A stretch of DNA of 20,218 nucleotides from Marine Group I thaumarchaeote (GCA_044358425.1 CP054849.1:556577-576794); one strand, 5' to 3'; counted from the stretch's first letter, positions 1 to 9,470 are shown. Translations and numbers: made by a program. The notes: generated from the letters alone by a model not told the origin.

Positions 1-548
1 ACATCGTCTCCTGATATTATTCCTGCACCACAAAGTAATTTTGTGTTATTTTTTGCACTTTTTACTGCAATTGCAGCTTTTAAAATCAATTCTGGTTTTT
101 CCGTTGATACAGCTTTTCCTGAACCGATTAACTCAGGAGGCTCTATTGCAATATAGTTTGGATTTAATTTTGCATATTTTTTTGCTTCTGCAACATCTTT
201 TACACAAACTACTGATATCATTTTTAATTCTTTTAATTTTTCAACCAACTTTTTTATTTCGTTACTTGAAATTCTATGTTCGCTATGATTAATTAGTGAA
301 CCTTTAACTTTAGATTTTTTTAATAATTCTGGAATTACAAAACCTGTGGTACTGCCAATTTTAGAATCATCAATATGTTGAGCTAAAATTGGTATTGAAC
401 TATTTGAAACAACTCCTATTAGATGCTGTGGTGGACAAATTGCAATTTTGATTTTAAATTTTTTTGAAATTTTTTCAGCTGTTTTTACAAATTTAATTAT
501 TTTGTCTCCGGAAATCTCCTCATAATTTTTACAATTGATGATAAACAT
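1..548 (-). CDS. tpiA: Triosephosphate isomerase, archaeal type (3' end runs off the window)
   Basis: Not in the ORF track. Manual translation from ATG at 548 gives MFIINCKNYEEISG...ILAQHIDD...GSTTG...GSLINHSEHR..., with the TIM N-x-K and HSE motifs, later AIEPPELIG, and GAGI near the edge. Confidence 0.93.
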   Translation of the reverse strand, partial: MFIINCKNYEEISGDKIIKFVKTAEKISKKFKIKIAICPPQHLIGVVSNSSIPILAQHIDDSKIGSTTGFVIPELLKKSKVKGSLINHSEHRISSNEIKKLVEKLKELKMISVVCVKDVAEAKKYAKLNPNYIAIEPPELIGSGKAVSTEKPELILKAAIAVKSAKNNTKLLCGAGIISGDD

Positions 549-590
549 ATTCTTTTGAATTTTACATATTGTATTTAATTCTTCATTGAA

Positions 591-875
591 TCATTTGATT
601 TGAATTTTTTTGTCATATTTTCTTTTCATTGTTAAAACAATTAGCATCAACACAATTGCTGCAATATTTGTGCCTATGATGAAAACATCTATGACTATAA
701 TTCCATAAATTAACCATAAAATTGCCCCTGCTGAAATAAAAATCATTAAAAAACTTGAAACATCTTTTAGGCTTTTTGACTTGTAGCCTTTGTATATCTG
801 ATCAACCCATCCAGTTAAAATCAAAACTCCTGCAGCAACACCTAATACTGTCAATAATATTGGATCAACTTCCAT
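591..875 (-). CDS. SemiSWEET / PQ-loop (MtN3) family small membrane protein
   Basis: 94 aa with three hydrophobic helices and the pattern QIYKGYKSKSLKDVS...LWLIYG...IIGTN. The PQ motif reads DQ here. Confidence 0.75.
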   Translation of the reverse strand: MEVDPILLTVLGVAAGVLILTGWVDQIYKGYKSKSLKDVSSFLMIFISAGAILWLIYGIIVIDVFIIGTNIAAIVLMLIVLTMKRKYDKKIQIK

Positions 876-881
876 GATACT

Positions 882-3437
882 TTAACTCCAAAAGAATTCG
901 TCTAATCCTGTTTGTTTTGGTTTTCCTAAAATTGTATCAAAATCTAAATCCATAGATGATGTAATTTGTTCTAATGTTGATTCTAAAAACTCCATGTATT
1001 TTTTAGAATCTATTTCTTCTTTTTTGGCTAATTCTACTGGTTTAACTCCTGGCTTGTTTAATATTTTGATAAATGAAATTTTATCTCCTTTTTTTAATTC
1101 TCTGATTGACTCTAATTGTTTTGCTGCTCTGATATGTTGAGGTATTGTTTTTACATATTCTGACGGTGCTTTACTTAACATTACATTAAATGTTAAATCC
1201 TCTAAAGGAATTTCTTTTGCTTCGACTTTTTTACCGCAATCTGCTATTTTTTCAGAAATCTGTTTTTTAGCTTTTACAAAATCTTCCATTGTTTTTACTT
1301 CTGATAGTACATCTAACAAATCAAAAAATAATTTTTTAATGAATCCTGGTGTGTGTGATTTTTTACCTGTTAGCCCTTTAACATCTACTTTTCCTGAATC
1401 TGTTACCCCTAAGTAATTTTTCTTTCTGTTACTTAGAACACAATATCTGTATGTCTTATCAATTTCTAAATCTACACCATGATCCGTTTTAGCTTGTTCT
1501 ATGAGTTTTTGAATTTGCTCTTCTGTTGGATTTTTAATAAATAATGAATCAGTATCCCCATACAAAACCTCAATTCCAGTTCCTTCACATTTTTTAATTG
1601 TCTCCAAAATTGTATACCTGCCAACAGCTGTTGTTGCTTCAGCTGCAGGTAGAAAATACAGTGGAAATATCTCTGCACCCATTACCCCATAACTTGCATT
1701 CAATATTACCTTGAGTGCTTGACTAACCACTGTGTATTGTTGTCTTTGTTCATCTGTTAATGTCTCCTTTTTTGATAGACTTTTGTAATAATTTACTCTC
1801 AAATCTCTCAACGAACCAATAATAATTGCTGTAAGGCCGTTATTTTTGGAACATGTCCAATGATTCGTTTGTGGTATAGAATTTTTTTTACATTCTTCAT
1901 GTGGACATCTTACTGTTTCATAAGATAGATTTCTTACTTTGATGATACTTGGATACAGACTTGCAAAATCCATTACAACCACCTTGAAATGAATTCCTTC
2001 TTTTGGCTCAACAACTAATCCTCCCCGATATTTTTTATCCTTGATTACTGCATCAGACATCACTCCTTCTGTTCTTTTTTGTAATTCTTCTCTTTTTGGA
2101 ATTAGTGCATTTCTTTTTCTGTGTTCATAATAAAGCAAACTTCTAATCCATTGCGAAACTCCCATTCTTGCAATGTCATCAATTGGCATTCTTCCAATTC
2201 TTGCAATGATGACAAGTAAGTTCATCAACAAATCTCCGTTGAAACTTGTTAACTCGTAAGTTAGTTGTGCATCATTGTAACAATAGTTTGCAGTTTGATA
2301 AAGGGACAATTTGTCAAAATCTAATCCATAATCAATTTTTTCTTTTCCAAGTAGTGCCTTTGATACACTATTTAGTGAAAAATCTGTATATGATTGACTG
2401 AATGCATAGATTTGAAATGAACGATTTGATAATGTTCTATACAAATCAATGTGTACTCCGTGTTTTAGGGTTGCAGAATCTCTCATCATGTATAATGGAT
2501 TATTCTCATTTGGAATTCCTAGTCGTTCTGCTCTGTTATACAAATAAGGTAAATCAAATTCATCCCCATTGTATGTGACTACAAATGGAAATTCTTCAAT
2601 TATCTTGAATGCATCAGCAATCATGTCTTTTTCTTTATCTAATTCATAAAATGTCACTTTGATATTTTCATCTAGTTCATTGTTTCCTTGCTCTGTTCCC
2701 TCTGTTTTGAGCACAAAAATTTGATCAAAACCATCACTTCCTTTGAGTCCAATAGCTGTGACTTTTTTTTCTGCAAGTTTTGGGTCTGGAAATCTCCCGG
2801 GATCAAACTCCACTTCAATGTCCACACTAAGTCTTTTTATTTTTGGAATTGGTTGATTTAGTAAATCTGCCCATTCTGAAATAAATTCTTTAAACTCTTC
2901 AGCATCTATCATGCTTTCACTGTCGACTTTATCCCACAACAAACTTTTTAGTGCAAGCTTTACTTCGTCTGAAATTTCCATATTATGTGGTTTTAGTAAT
3001 CCATTTGTAATCTCATAATATTTTCCAACAACTAATTGTCTGTCGTATAGGTATGTTTCATAATACTTGATATCTGATTCCCAAGTTTCAATTTGATTTC
3101 TAATACTTTCTCCATAATTTCCTCCAATTGAAAGTGGATTATCTACTACGATCTTTGATACCTCGATTTCCTCATCGTGAATATAGTCGTGTTTTTTTAC
3201 TGTTTTAATTTCTAAAACATCTTCTCTTTCTTGTAAAAAATCTAATTCTTCAGGAGTTAATTTTGAATAACAATATGGTTTGTGACCAATTTCATCTTTC
3301 CATAAAAATAATTTCTGTTGTGTTGGTTCATAAAATTTTAAAATTGCAGATTTACTTGGTCCATCATAGGTTGCAGAAACTAGCATTGATGGGAGCATTG
3401 TTTCCATTTTTTCAATCTGTGACACTTTGACTTGCAT
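882..3437 (-). CDS. polB: Family B DNA polymerase
   Basis: Exonuclease motifs DIEV, YNGDEFD and YCYND; polymerase motifs DFASLYPS, KVILNASYG, YGDTDS and KKNY; C-terminal PIP box QTGLDEFF. Confidence 0.98.
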   Translation of the reverse strand: MQVKVSQIEKMETMLPSMLVSATYDGPSKSAILKFYEPTQQKLFLWKDEIGHKPYCYSKLTPEELDFLQEREDVLEIKTVKKHDYIHDEEIEVSKIVVDNPLSIGGNYGESIRNQIETWESDIKYYETYLYDRQLVVGKYYEITNGLLKPHNMEISDEVKLALKSLLWDKVDSESMIDAEEFKEFISEWADLLNQPIPKIKRLSVDIEVEFDPGRFPDPKLAEKKVTAIGLKGSDGFDQIFVLKTEGTEQGNNELDENIKVTFYELDKEKDMIADAFKIIEEFPFVVTYNGDEFDLPYLYNRAERLGIPNENNPLYMMRDSATLKHGVHIDLYRTLSNRSFQIYAFSQSYTDFSLNSVSKALLGKEKIDYGLDFDKLSLYQTANYCYNDAQLTYELTSFNGDLLMNLLVIIARIGRMPIDDIARMGVSQWIRSLLYYEHRKRNALIPKREELQKRTEGVMSDAVIKDKKYRGGLVVEPKEGIHFKVVVMDFASLYPSIIKVRNLSYETVRCPHEECKKNSIPQTNHWTCSKNNGLTAIIIGSLRDLRVNYYKSLSKKETLTDEQRQQYTVVSQALKVILNASYGVMGAEIFPLYFLPAAEATTAVGRYTILETIKKCEGTGIEVLYGDTDSLFIKNPTEEQIQKLIEQAKTDHGVDLEIDKTYRYCVLSNRKKNYLGVTDSGKVDVKGLTGKKSHTPGFIKKLFFDLLDVLSEVKTMEDFVKAKKQISEKIADCGKKVEAKEIPLEDLTFNVMLSKAPSEYVKTIPQHIRAAKQLESIRELKKGDKISFIKILNKPGVKPVELAKKEEIDSKKYMEFLESTLEQITSSMDLDFDTILGKPKQTGLDEFFWS

Positions 3438-3441
3438 TTAA

Positions 3442-3993
3442 TCACTCATTTGTTTTGTATTTGCTAACTAACTCATTGGCCCATTTTCCAATTTTTTCTT
3501 TTTCCAAATGGACAACTTCTACTCCTGCTTCGTTTAACAAATCATAATCTGTTTCAGGATACGTATCCAGACAAACAAATTTTTTGATTCCGATAGTTAT
3601 TGCCATTTTAGTACATTCTAGGCACGGCACAAATGTTGTATACAAAATGGCGCCTTTTACTCCTGCCTCAATTCCTAAAATTGCACAATGCATTATTGCA
3701 TTGGCTTCTGCATGATTACACAAACAACGATCAAGTGATGCTCCTGATTCAATTTTACCTTCCATTCTAAGTTGGCATCTCTTACATCCTCCTTCAAAAC
3801 AATTTTTCACACCAGGTGGTGTTCCGTTGTATCCTGTTGCTAACTGTCTATGATCTCTGACAATCACTGCTCCAACTTGTCTAGTTATGCAATTAGAACG
3901 TAATTTTGCTAATTCAGCTTGTAACATAAAATATTCATCCCAGTTTGGTCTTTCAAAAGAATCATTCATACAAATTGTGTCTAATTGTTCCAT
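3442..3993 (-). CDS. dCMP deaminase / ComEB family
   Basis: RPNWDEYFM, VGAVIV, GYNG, HAEANAI and PCLEC zinc motifs. Confidence 0.93.
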   Translation of the reverse strand: MEQLDTICMNDSFERPNWDEYFMLQAELAKLRSNCITRQVGAVIVRDHRQLATGYNGTPPGVKNCFEGGCKRCQLRMEGKIESGASLDRCLCNHAEANAIMHCAILGIEAGVKGAILYTTFVPCLECTKMAITIGIKKFVCLDTYPETDYDLLNEAGVEVVHLEKEKIGKWANELVSKYKTNE

Positions 3994-4091
3994 ATATGGA
4001 TCTCGTTAACCATTCGTTAATTTGCGATCATTTTTTTTAAAATTCATTCATTCCCCACCTTTAAATTCAAATTAAAATATACTAAATTGAA

Positions 4092-4793
4092 ATGAAATTT
4101 AATTATCTTCTAATTGTTACAGTAGTTTCAATTTTCACTATTTCTGCAGTAGGTCAATCTGTTTATGGATATGGTGGTCCTCCTGAAAATAATAGTGCAA
4201 ATAATTATACTGTTGAAATTAATACTAATCAGGAATCTTACTTGCTAGGTGAATCTATTATTTTTTCAGGTTCTGTAAACAAATATGATGAGGATCGTTC
4301 TTTGAGAATCACTATTTTTGATTCTAGTAAAAATTTAATCAGTACTAAAAAGACACCTGTAGATACATATGGTAAATTCTCTCACTCTGTTGAATTAAAT
4401 GAAAAATTTTCTGATGGGAAATTTATAGTAAAGGCTCAATATGGTAATTCTAAATCAACTGTAAACACTTCATCATTTTTAATTGTCTCTGGAAATTCTT
4501 CCACAATGGAATCTAGTAATGAAATCCCTGTTTGGATTAAAAACAATGCAGGCTGGTGGGCAGATGGTTCCATAGATGATTCTTCATTTGTTCAAGGAAT
4601 TCAATTTCTAGTTCAAGAAGGATTTATGAAAATTCCTATTACCCAACAAGGTGATTCTACTGGGAGTAATGAAATCCCTGTTTGGATTAAAAACAATGCA
4701 GGCTGGTGGGCAGATGGTTCCATAGATGATTCTTCATTTGTTCAAGGAATTCAATTTCTAGTTCAAGAAGGATTTATGAAAATTACAAATTAG
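4092..4793 (+). CDS. Secreted protein with an Ig-like domain and two C-terminal thaumarchaeal 'IPxWIKNNAGWW' modules
   Basis: N-terminal signal peptide, beta-rich middle, two identical IPVWIKNNAGWWADGSIDDSSFVQGIQFLVQEGFMKI modules. Confidence 0.85.
   Translation: MKFNYLLIVTVVSIFTISAVGQSVYGYGGPPENNSANNYTVEINTNQESYLLGESIIFSGSVNKYDEDRSLRITIFDSSKNLISTKKTPVDTYGKFSHSVELNEKFSDGKFIVKAQYGNSKSTVNTSSFLIVSGNSSTMESSNEIPVWIKNNAGWWADGSIDDSSFVQGIQFLVQEGFMKIPITQQGDSTGSNEIPVWIKNNAGWWADGSIDDSSFVQGIQFLVQEGFMKITN
4515..4784 (+). repeat. Exact 120-bp intragenic direct repeat (4515-4634 and 4665-4784, period 150)
   Basis: Both copies read agtaatgaaatccctgtttgg...gatttatgaaaatt. Confidence 0.93.
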
Positions 4794-4794
4794 T

Positions 4795-5010
4795 TTAGAA
4801 TCTTCTACTCTTTTTTGCTAATTTTTTCCTAATTCGCATTGCAATTCCAAATGAAATAACCATTCCCGTTATTGATAAAATTGTCAATGTACTTGTATTA
4901 GCTTCTGTTGGTGTCTCTGAAAATATTGGAATAAATATTGAAAATGTAAACATTGCTCCACTAAGATAACTGATGTTTTTTAAAATTGGTAATTTACATG
5001 GAATTGCCAT
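4795..5010 (-). CDS. Small two-TM hypothetical membrane protein
   Basis: 71 aa, ATG start, two hydrophobic segments, basic tail; converges tightly on the upstream gene. Confidence 0.6.
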   Translation of the reverse strand: MAIPCKLPILKNISYLSGAMFTFSIFIPIFSETPTEANTSTLTILSITGMVISFGIAMRIRKKLAKKSRRF

Positions 5011-5133
5011 TTGTATTTTTTATGTAATGTCTTACTCTATAAATTCATAATTATAATACATTAGAACAACTCCTTATCGTATCTCTATGTTTTCACTGTA
5101 AATAATATTCTGTTTGTATAATAGCAAATCAAA

Positions 5134-5172
5134 TGATTTTTCTACTCTCTCGAGTAGAGAATCACTTTTTTT
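5134..5172 (+). other. Inverted repeat followed by a T run (terminator-like hairpin or operator)
   Basis: TCTACTC-tctc-GAGTAGA stem (5141-5158), extendable with a G-U pair and a bulge to 5134-5164, then T7 at 5166-5172. Confidence 0.45.
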
Positions 5173-5236
5173 ATTATGAATTAAAATTTTAAATTTTTCT
5201 CAATTAATTTATACATTAAAAAATTTAACATGATTT

Positions 5237-5389
5237 ATGAAAACTGAAAAAGAAATTGAAGAATTTCGAAAAGACATTGAGCAAAGATTGATTGATGTCT
5301 CTAAACTACCAGACCCTGATGCTGCTATGAAATATTATCAAGGTGCCTTACGAACACTTGAATGGGTAGTAACTGGTCAGGACATTTGA
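5237..5389 (+). CDS. Small hypothetical protein, 50 aa
   Basis: Below the ORF-track cutoff. Manual translation: MKTEKEIEEFRKDIEQRLIDVSKLPDPDAAMKYYQGALRTLEWVVTGQDI. TATA-like TTTATAC about 28 nt upstream. Confidence 0.7.
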   Translation: MKTEKEIEEFRKDIEQRLIDVSKLPDPDAAMKYYQGALRTLEWVVTGQDI

Positions 5390-5391
5390 GC

Positions 5392-5598
5392 CTATTTTTG
5401 AGTGATTCTTAGTACTGCGCCAATGATTAGGAAGATGATCATAAAGTATGATGTCATCACAGTCCATTGTGTGATTGTTTCAGACTCTAAATCATTAATT
5501 AGTAATATGGAAAAGATCAGTGCCAAAATTCCTCCAATCGCTAGCATTATGTTTCTAATGATACTTTTTTTGTTTAGAAATACCACATTTTGTGTCAA
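5392..5598 (-). CDS. Small two-TM hypothetical membrane protein
   Basis: Two clear hydrophobic helices; start uncertain. Confidence 0.55.
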   Translation of the reverse strand: MTQNVVFLNKKSIIRNIMLAIGGILALIFSILLINDLESETITQWTVMTSYFMIIFLIIGAVLRITQK

Positions 5599-5627
5599 AA
5601 ATTAAATTATTTATTCCAATGCATTTT

Positions 5628-5864
5628 CTAATTTACGCCACTTCGTCTTTTTTTCTCAGGTGTTTTTTCTGTGGTGACATCTTTTTGAAAATTTTCTAAC
5701 TTGGTCTTATTTTCTTCCATTTCTTCTTTTGTCCATTCTCTTACAAATTCATCTTTGATATTTACAAAATTTTTGCATTTTTCACATAGCCATAATGCAT
5801 CTCTTTGATCAGGAAATGCAATAGGAAATCTTCTTCCGTTGCAATCCTTGCATAATAATGGCAT
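5628..5864 (-). CDS. Small zinc-ribbon protein
   Basis: CKDC...WLCEKC followed by a charged helix. Start moved from 5930 to the ATG of MPLLCKDC. Confidence 0.7.
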   Translation of the reverse strand: MPLLCKDCNGRRFPIAFPDQRDALWLCEKCKNFVNIKDEFVREWTKEEMEENKTKLENFQKDVTTEKTPEKKRRSGVN

Positions 5865-6405
5865 GATTTTCTGTATTTTTACTTCTATTTGTATCACAGT
5901 ATCTGAATCTGATAATTTGACACAATTCAAAAACTTAATGAATTGAAGAATTTATGATAAAATATGGTAAGTGTCTGGATTCTATGCACGTCATTAGTAT
6001 TTTCTCAAAAGACTAATTCTGCATATTGTAACACTTTTGGAGCAAATTAAAATGTCATGGTCTAAACATTCTGGTTCTGTTTTTTCTGGAAAAAGCATGA
6101 TAATCATTGTAATATGTGGATCAATTGCTGGTGGTATTTTGATGGTATTGCGATAAGAAATTCTTATTTTAATTAGTGATTATGAGCATACTTGCACCTA
6201 TTATGATTACAATAATTCCTACAATAAGTCCTTTAGAAATCATGAATTCTTTAAAATCAGTAATAATCTAAACTTATCTTGTTGACTCTGTGATCCAAAT
6301 TATATTTTTTTGTGCCTAATTGAATGTGAATTCCTTATTGATCCATTCATAATAATTATCACACAGTAAACATAAAATTCCTAAATTCTATTTTTTGTTT
6401 ATACT

Positions 6406-7911
6406 TTGACTGAATATATAGAAAAAGAATTCATCCAAAAAAATTCTGTTGAAAAACGAGATTATCAAATCAATCTTGCTAGTCAGGCAATCGATGAAAA
6501 TTGTATTGTTGTCTTACCCACTGGTCTTGGAAAAACAACTGTTGCATTACATGTAATTTCTGAATATTTGAAAAAGAAATCTGGAACCGTTTTATTTTTA
6601 GCTCCTACCAGGGTTTTAGTTAATCAGCATTTTGATTTTTTAAAAAAAAATCTAACTGTTGATGATATTGTCTTAATTACTGGTGAGGATTCTGTTGAAA
6701 AGCGTACTGATCTTTGGAATCATCGTATAATTTGTGCAACTCCTGAAGTTGCAAGAAATGATATGAATCACAATGTTGTTAAATCCACTCAATTCAATTT
6801 AGTAATTTTTGATGAAGTTCATAGAACTACAGGTGACTATGCTTATTCTAGTATTGCTGAGCATTTTGAAAATTCATCTACTCGTATTTTGGGAATGACT
6901 GCAACATTGCCTAGTGAACAAGAAAAAGCTACTGAAATTTTGAAAAGATTACAAATATCTGTTGTTGCAGAAAGAAATGAAAATAGTCCTGATGTAAAAC
7001 CTTACATTCAGGAAACTAATACTGAGTGGATAAACGTAGAACTTCCTATAGAGCTTAAATCTATTCAAAAATTATTAAAATCTGCATTAGATGAACGCTA
7101 TGATTTACTCAAAAAAAATGGCCTGCCATTAAATGATCAACAATCTCTTTCTTCACTGCTAAGACTGCGACCGTTTGTTTTATCTAAAAGTCGAAAATCT
7201 GCTAAACCTTTGTTTTCTGGAATTCGAATTCATTATGCACTAAATATTCTTGAAGCTCATGGTATTACCCCATTTTTACAGTTCTGTAAACGTGCGCAGG
7301 CAAAAAAGGGTGTTGGGGTAAAGGACTTGTTTGAACTTGATCCTAATTTTACAAAAGCACTGTCTTTAGCAAAGGAAGCAAAATCTAACGGTATTGAGCA
7401 TTCTAAAATTCCTAAACTAAAAGAAATTTTAAATTCAGTTCCTGGAAAAGCATTGATCTTTACTAGTTATCGTGATTCTGTAGATATGATTCATACTGAA
7501 CTTAACAAACTTGGAATTCCTGCTGGCATCCTAATTGGGAAAGCCGGTGATACTGGATTAAAACAAAAAAAGCAAATTGAAGTTGTACAGAAATTTAGAG
7601 ATGGTGAATTTCAGGTTTTAGTTGCAACTCGAGTTGGAGAAGAGGGATTGGATATTGCTGAAGTAAATCAAGTAATTTTTTATGACAATGTCCCAAGTTC
7701 AATTAGATTTATCCAAAGAAGGGGAAGAACTGGAAGAAAAGATACTGGAAAATTAGTTGTATTAATCGCTAAAGATACCATTGATGAAACTTACTATTGG
7801 ATTGGAAAAAGAAAAATTTCTGCTGCAAAGTCTATGGGGTCTAAAATGACTAAAGTTTTAGAAAAAAATAAAGATCCTTCTATAAAAACAGGGCTGGATG
7901 CGTTTATCTAA
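6406..7911 (+). CDS. Hef/FANCM-like (ERCC4-related) DEAH helicase lacking the nuclease domain
   Basis: RDYQ, LPTGLGKT, DEVH, MTAT, EEGLDI and QRRGRTGR motifs; only 501 aa; PIP-like tail KTGLDAFI. Confidence 0.92.
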   Translation: MTEYIEKEFIQKNSVEKRDYQINLASQAIDENCIVVLPTGLGKTTVALHVISEYLKKKSGTVLFLAPTRVLVNQHFDFLKKNLTVDDIVLITGEDSVEKRTDLWNHRIICATPEVARNDMNHNVVKSTQFNLVIFDEVHRTTGDYAYSSIAEHFENSSTRILGMTATLPSEQEKATEILKRLQISVVAERNENSPDVKPYIQETNTEWINVELPIELKSIQKLLKSALDERYDLLKKNGLPLNDQQSLSSLLRLRPFVLSKSRKSAKPLFSGIRIHYALNILEAHGITPFLQFCKRAQAKKGVGVKDLFELDPNFTKALSLAKEAKSNGIEHSKIPKLKEILNSVPGKALIFTSYRDSVDMIHTELNKLGIPAGILIGKAGDTGLKQKKQIEVVQKFRDGEFQVLVATRVGEEGLDIAEVNQVIFYDNVPSSIRFIQRRGRTGRKDTGKLVVLIAKDTIDETYYWIGKRKISAAKSMGSKMTKVLEKNKDPSIKTGLDAFI

Positions 7912-8180
7912 TTATTCAGTTGTTTTGAAATTTTTGATATGATTTCTTGCTTTTTTTGTATTACTAAATTTTTCATCCCTGATTCTAGATGATGTATGCT
8001 GCTATTTTTTGATATTAGTAAATTTTCTAAGCGTATGTCAAATTGATTTTCTAGAAAATTTTTCATTTCTTCTCCACCATTAATTTCTAAATTGTCTAAT
8101 CCGTCTAATACTAAACTGTTAATTGATTTTTCTAAATATTGCAAAATATCATTTAATGTCTGTTCGTTTAAAACTGTCAT
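7908..8180 (-). CDS. Hypothetical protein
   Basis: 90-aa ORF 14 nt downstream of the parvulin gene, helical composition. Confidence 0.7.
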   Translation of the reverse strand: MTVLNEQTLNDILQYLEKSINSLVLDGLDNLEINGGEEMKNFLENQFDIRLENLLISKNSSIHHLESGMKNLVIQKKQEIISKISKQLNN

Positions 8181-8194
8181 TACAATCGAATTTT

Positions 8195-8470
8195 TTAGCC
8201 TAGTCTTTTAATGATATGGTATCCGAATTCTGTTTTCACTGGTTGAGATATTTCTCCAATTTGCAATGTGAATGCAACATCTTCGAATTCTTTTACCATC
8301 ATTCCTTTTGTAAAGTATCCTAGATCTCCTTCTTTTTTGCTACTGGGACATGTAGAAATTTCTTTGGCTGCAGCACCAAATTTTTTTCCATTTTTGATTT
8401 CTTCTAAAATTTCTAGAGCTTGACTTTGTTTTTCAACTAGTATGTGTGAACATTTGACTTTATTTGACAT
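8195..8470 (-). CDS. Parvulin-type peptidyl-prolyl cis-trans isomerase
   Basis: CSHILV, CPS...GDLGYF, MVKEFEDVAF, PVKTEFGYHII. Confidence 0.96.
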   Translation of the reverse strand: MSNKVKCSHILVEKQSQALEILEEIKNGKKFGAAAKEISTCPSSKKEGDLGYFTKGMMVKEFEDVAFTLQIGEISQPVKTEFGYHIIKRLG

Positions 8471-8531
8471 ATTTTTAAAATATTTTTTCAGTTCTTATTT
8501 GTTTTGATGATATTTTCAATAAAAAATAGAG

Positions 8532-8855
8532 TTAAGGGGTGACCTTCTCTAATTTTTCATGGATTTTGTCGTAATATCCATTTTGTTCCAATGCTGGAAC
8601 ATAAAATGTAGCAGATATTGTGTCACCCACTTTAGCTTGGCAGTTTTCTACAACTACTGAATGCCCTAGTGCTGATTCTCCTACACAGCCAATCTCAGTT
8701 ATTGCGATGACTTGTACATCCTCAGTAACTGATGTTGGGACAATGTTCCATGGTGTAATTGTAAGCACCAAGATTACTGCCGTAGCGATTGAAATTATTG
8801 CTAAGAATTTCAATACTGGTGGTTTTTGTTGTGTTGTCTGTTGCATTGTAACCAT
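8532..8855 (-). CDS. Membrane-anchored hypothetical protein with a small beta domain and two Cys
   Basis: N-terminal TM helix, beta-rich body; TATA box and operator motif upstream. Confidence 0.75.
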   Translation of the reverse strand: MVTMQQTTQQKPPVLKFLAIISIATAVILVLTITPWNIVPTSVTEDVQVIAITEIGCVGESALGHSVVVENCQAKVGDTISATFYVPALEQNGYYDKIHEKLEKVTP

Positions 8856-8902
8856 TTGTATTAGTACAACTTTTTATTTAAAATAGTGGTAAGTATTGAT
8901 TA

Positions 8903-8914
8903 TAGTGCTAAAAA
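8903..8914 (-). promoter_or_regulatory. Operator copy 1 (TAGTGCTAAaaa on +)
   Basis: Exact core, 48 nt from ATG 8855; TTAAATA on the minus strand at 8881-8875. Confidence 0.85.
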
Positions 8915-9041
8915 TCTGAACCATGCCAAAATTTTTTACAATTGTAACACTGTTTCTTCCAAATCACTAATCCCTCGGAATCCTTTTTCATTTCTATTAT
9001 GCCAAAATTTTTTGAACCACACGTGGGGCATCCGTCGTCAT

Positions 9042-9470
9042 TCAAAACTGAATTCCCTTCATGCGCTTTGAATAGTCATAATGAAATATTTTTTTTGGTG
9101 TAATTTCAATTGCAATTTCATTTTTTGAATGACTTAGTAGAAATTTTGATAATTTAGATTCTTTATCTCCTAGATATTTTTTAATTAAAATTTTCAATAT
9201 TTCTGGACCCTTGGATGGTATGATTTTAACAGTTCCTTCACCTCGTGAGCCTTTGTATGGGGGTTGATCTGCTGCTATTTCAAATCCACACGTGGGTTTA
9301 TTTTCCAAGTAATGAATAATTTTTGCAGTTTTTTGTGTTGCACAATAGATTTTTCCATTTATGTCAATATACCATAATGAAATAATTGATGGAGCTCCAT
9401 TGGGTTTGATGAATCCTATTCTAATTGGTATCTTTGTATCTGGGGCTAACTCTCTTTCTACGTATTGCAT
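9042..9470 (-). CDS. Pyridoxamine 5'-phosphate oxidase-like (FMN/F420 split-barrel) protein
   Basis: RIGFIKPNGAPSIISLWY...IYCATQKTAKIIHYLENKP...PYKG.RGEG...IEITPKKIFHYDY pattern; GAGGT SD-like element before the ATG. Confidence 0.8.
   Translation of the reverse strand: MQYVERELAPDTKIPIRIGFIKPNGAPSIISLWYIDINGKIYCATQKTAKIIHYLENKPTCGFEIAADQPPYKGSRGEGTVKIIPSKGPEILKILIKKYLGDKESKLSKFLLSHSKNEIAIEITPKKIFHYDYSKRMKGIQF

Noticed and set aside
41-292. 83-aa plus-strand ORF
   Set aside because: Antisense shadow of tpiA.
3459-3470. Partial operator match atttgctaacta upstream of polB
   Set aside because: Inside the deaminase CDS, only 9/12, and at the wrong distance (22 nt) from the ATG.
4515-4784. Direct repeats as a CRISPR array or a diversity-generating retroelement TR/VR pair
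   Set aside because: They are in-frame protein-module duplications with no spacer array, no adenine-specific mismatches, and no cas or reverse transcriptase gene in the window.
8620-9071. Plus-strand ORFs 8620-8886 and 8886-9071
   Set aside because: The first is antisense to a better gene; the second runs through a promoter and operator and has no recognisable features.
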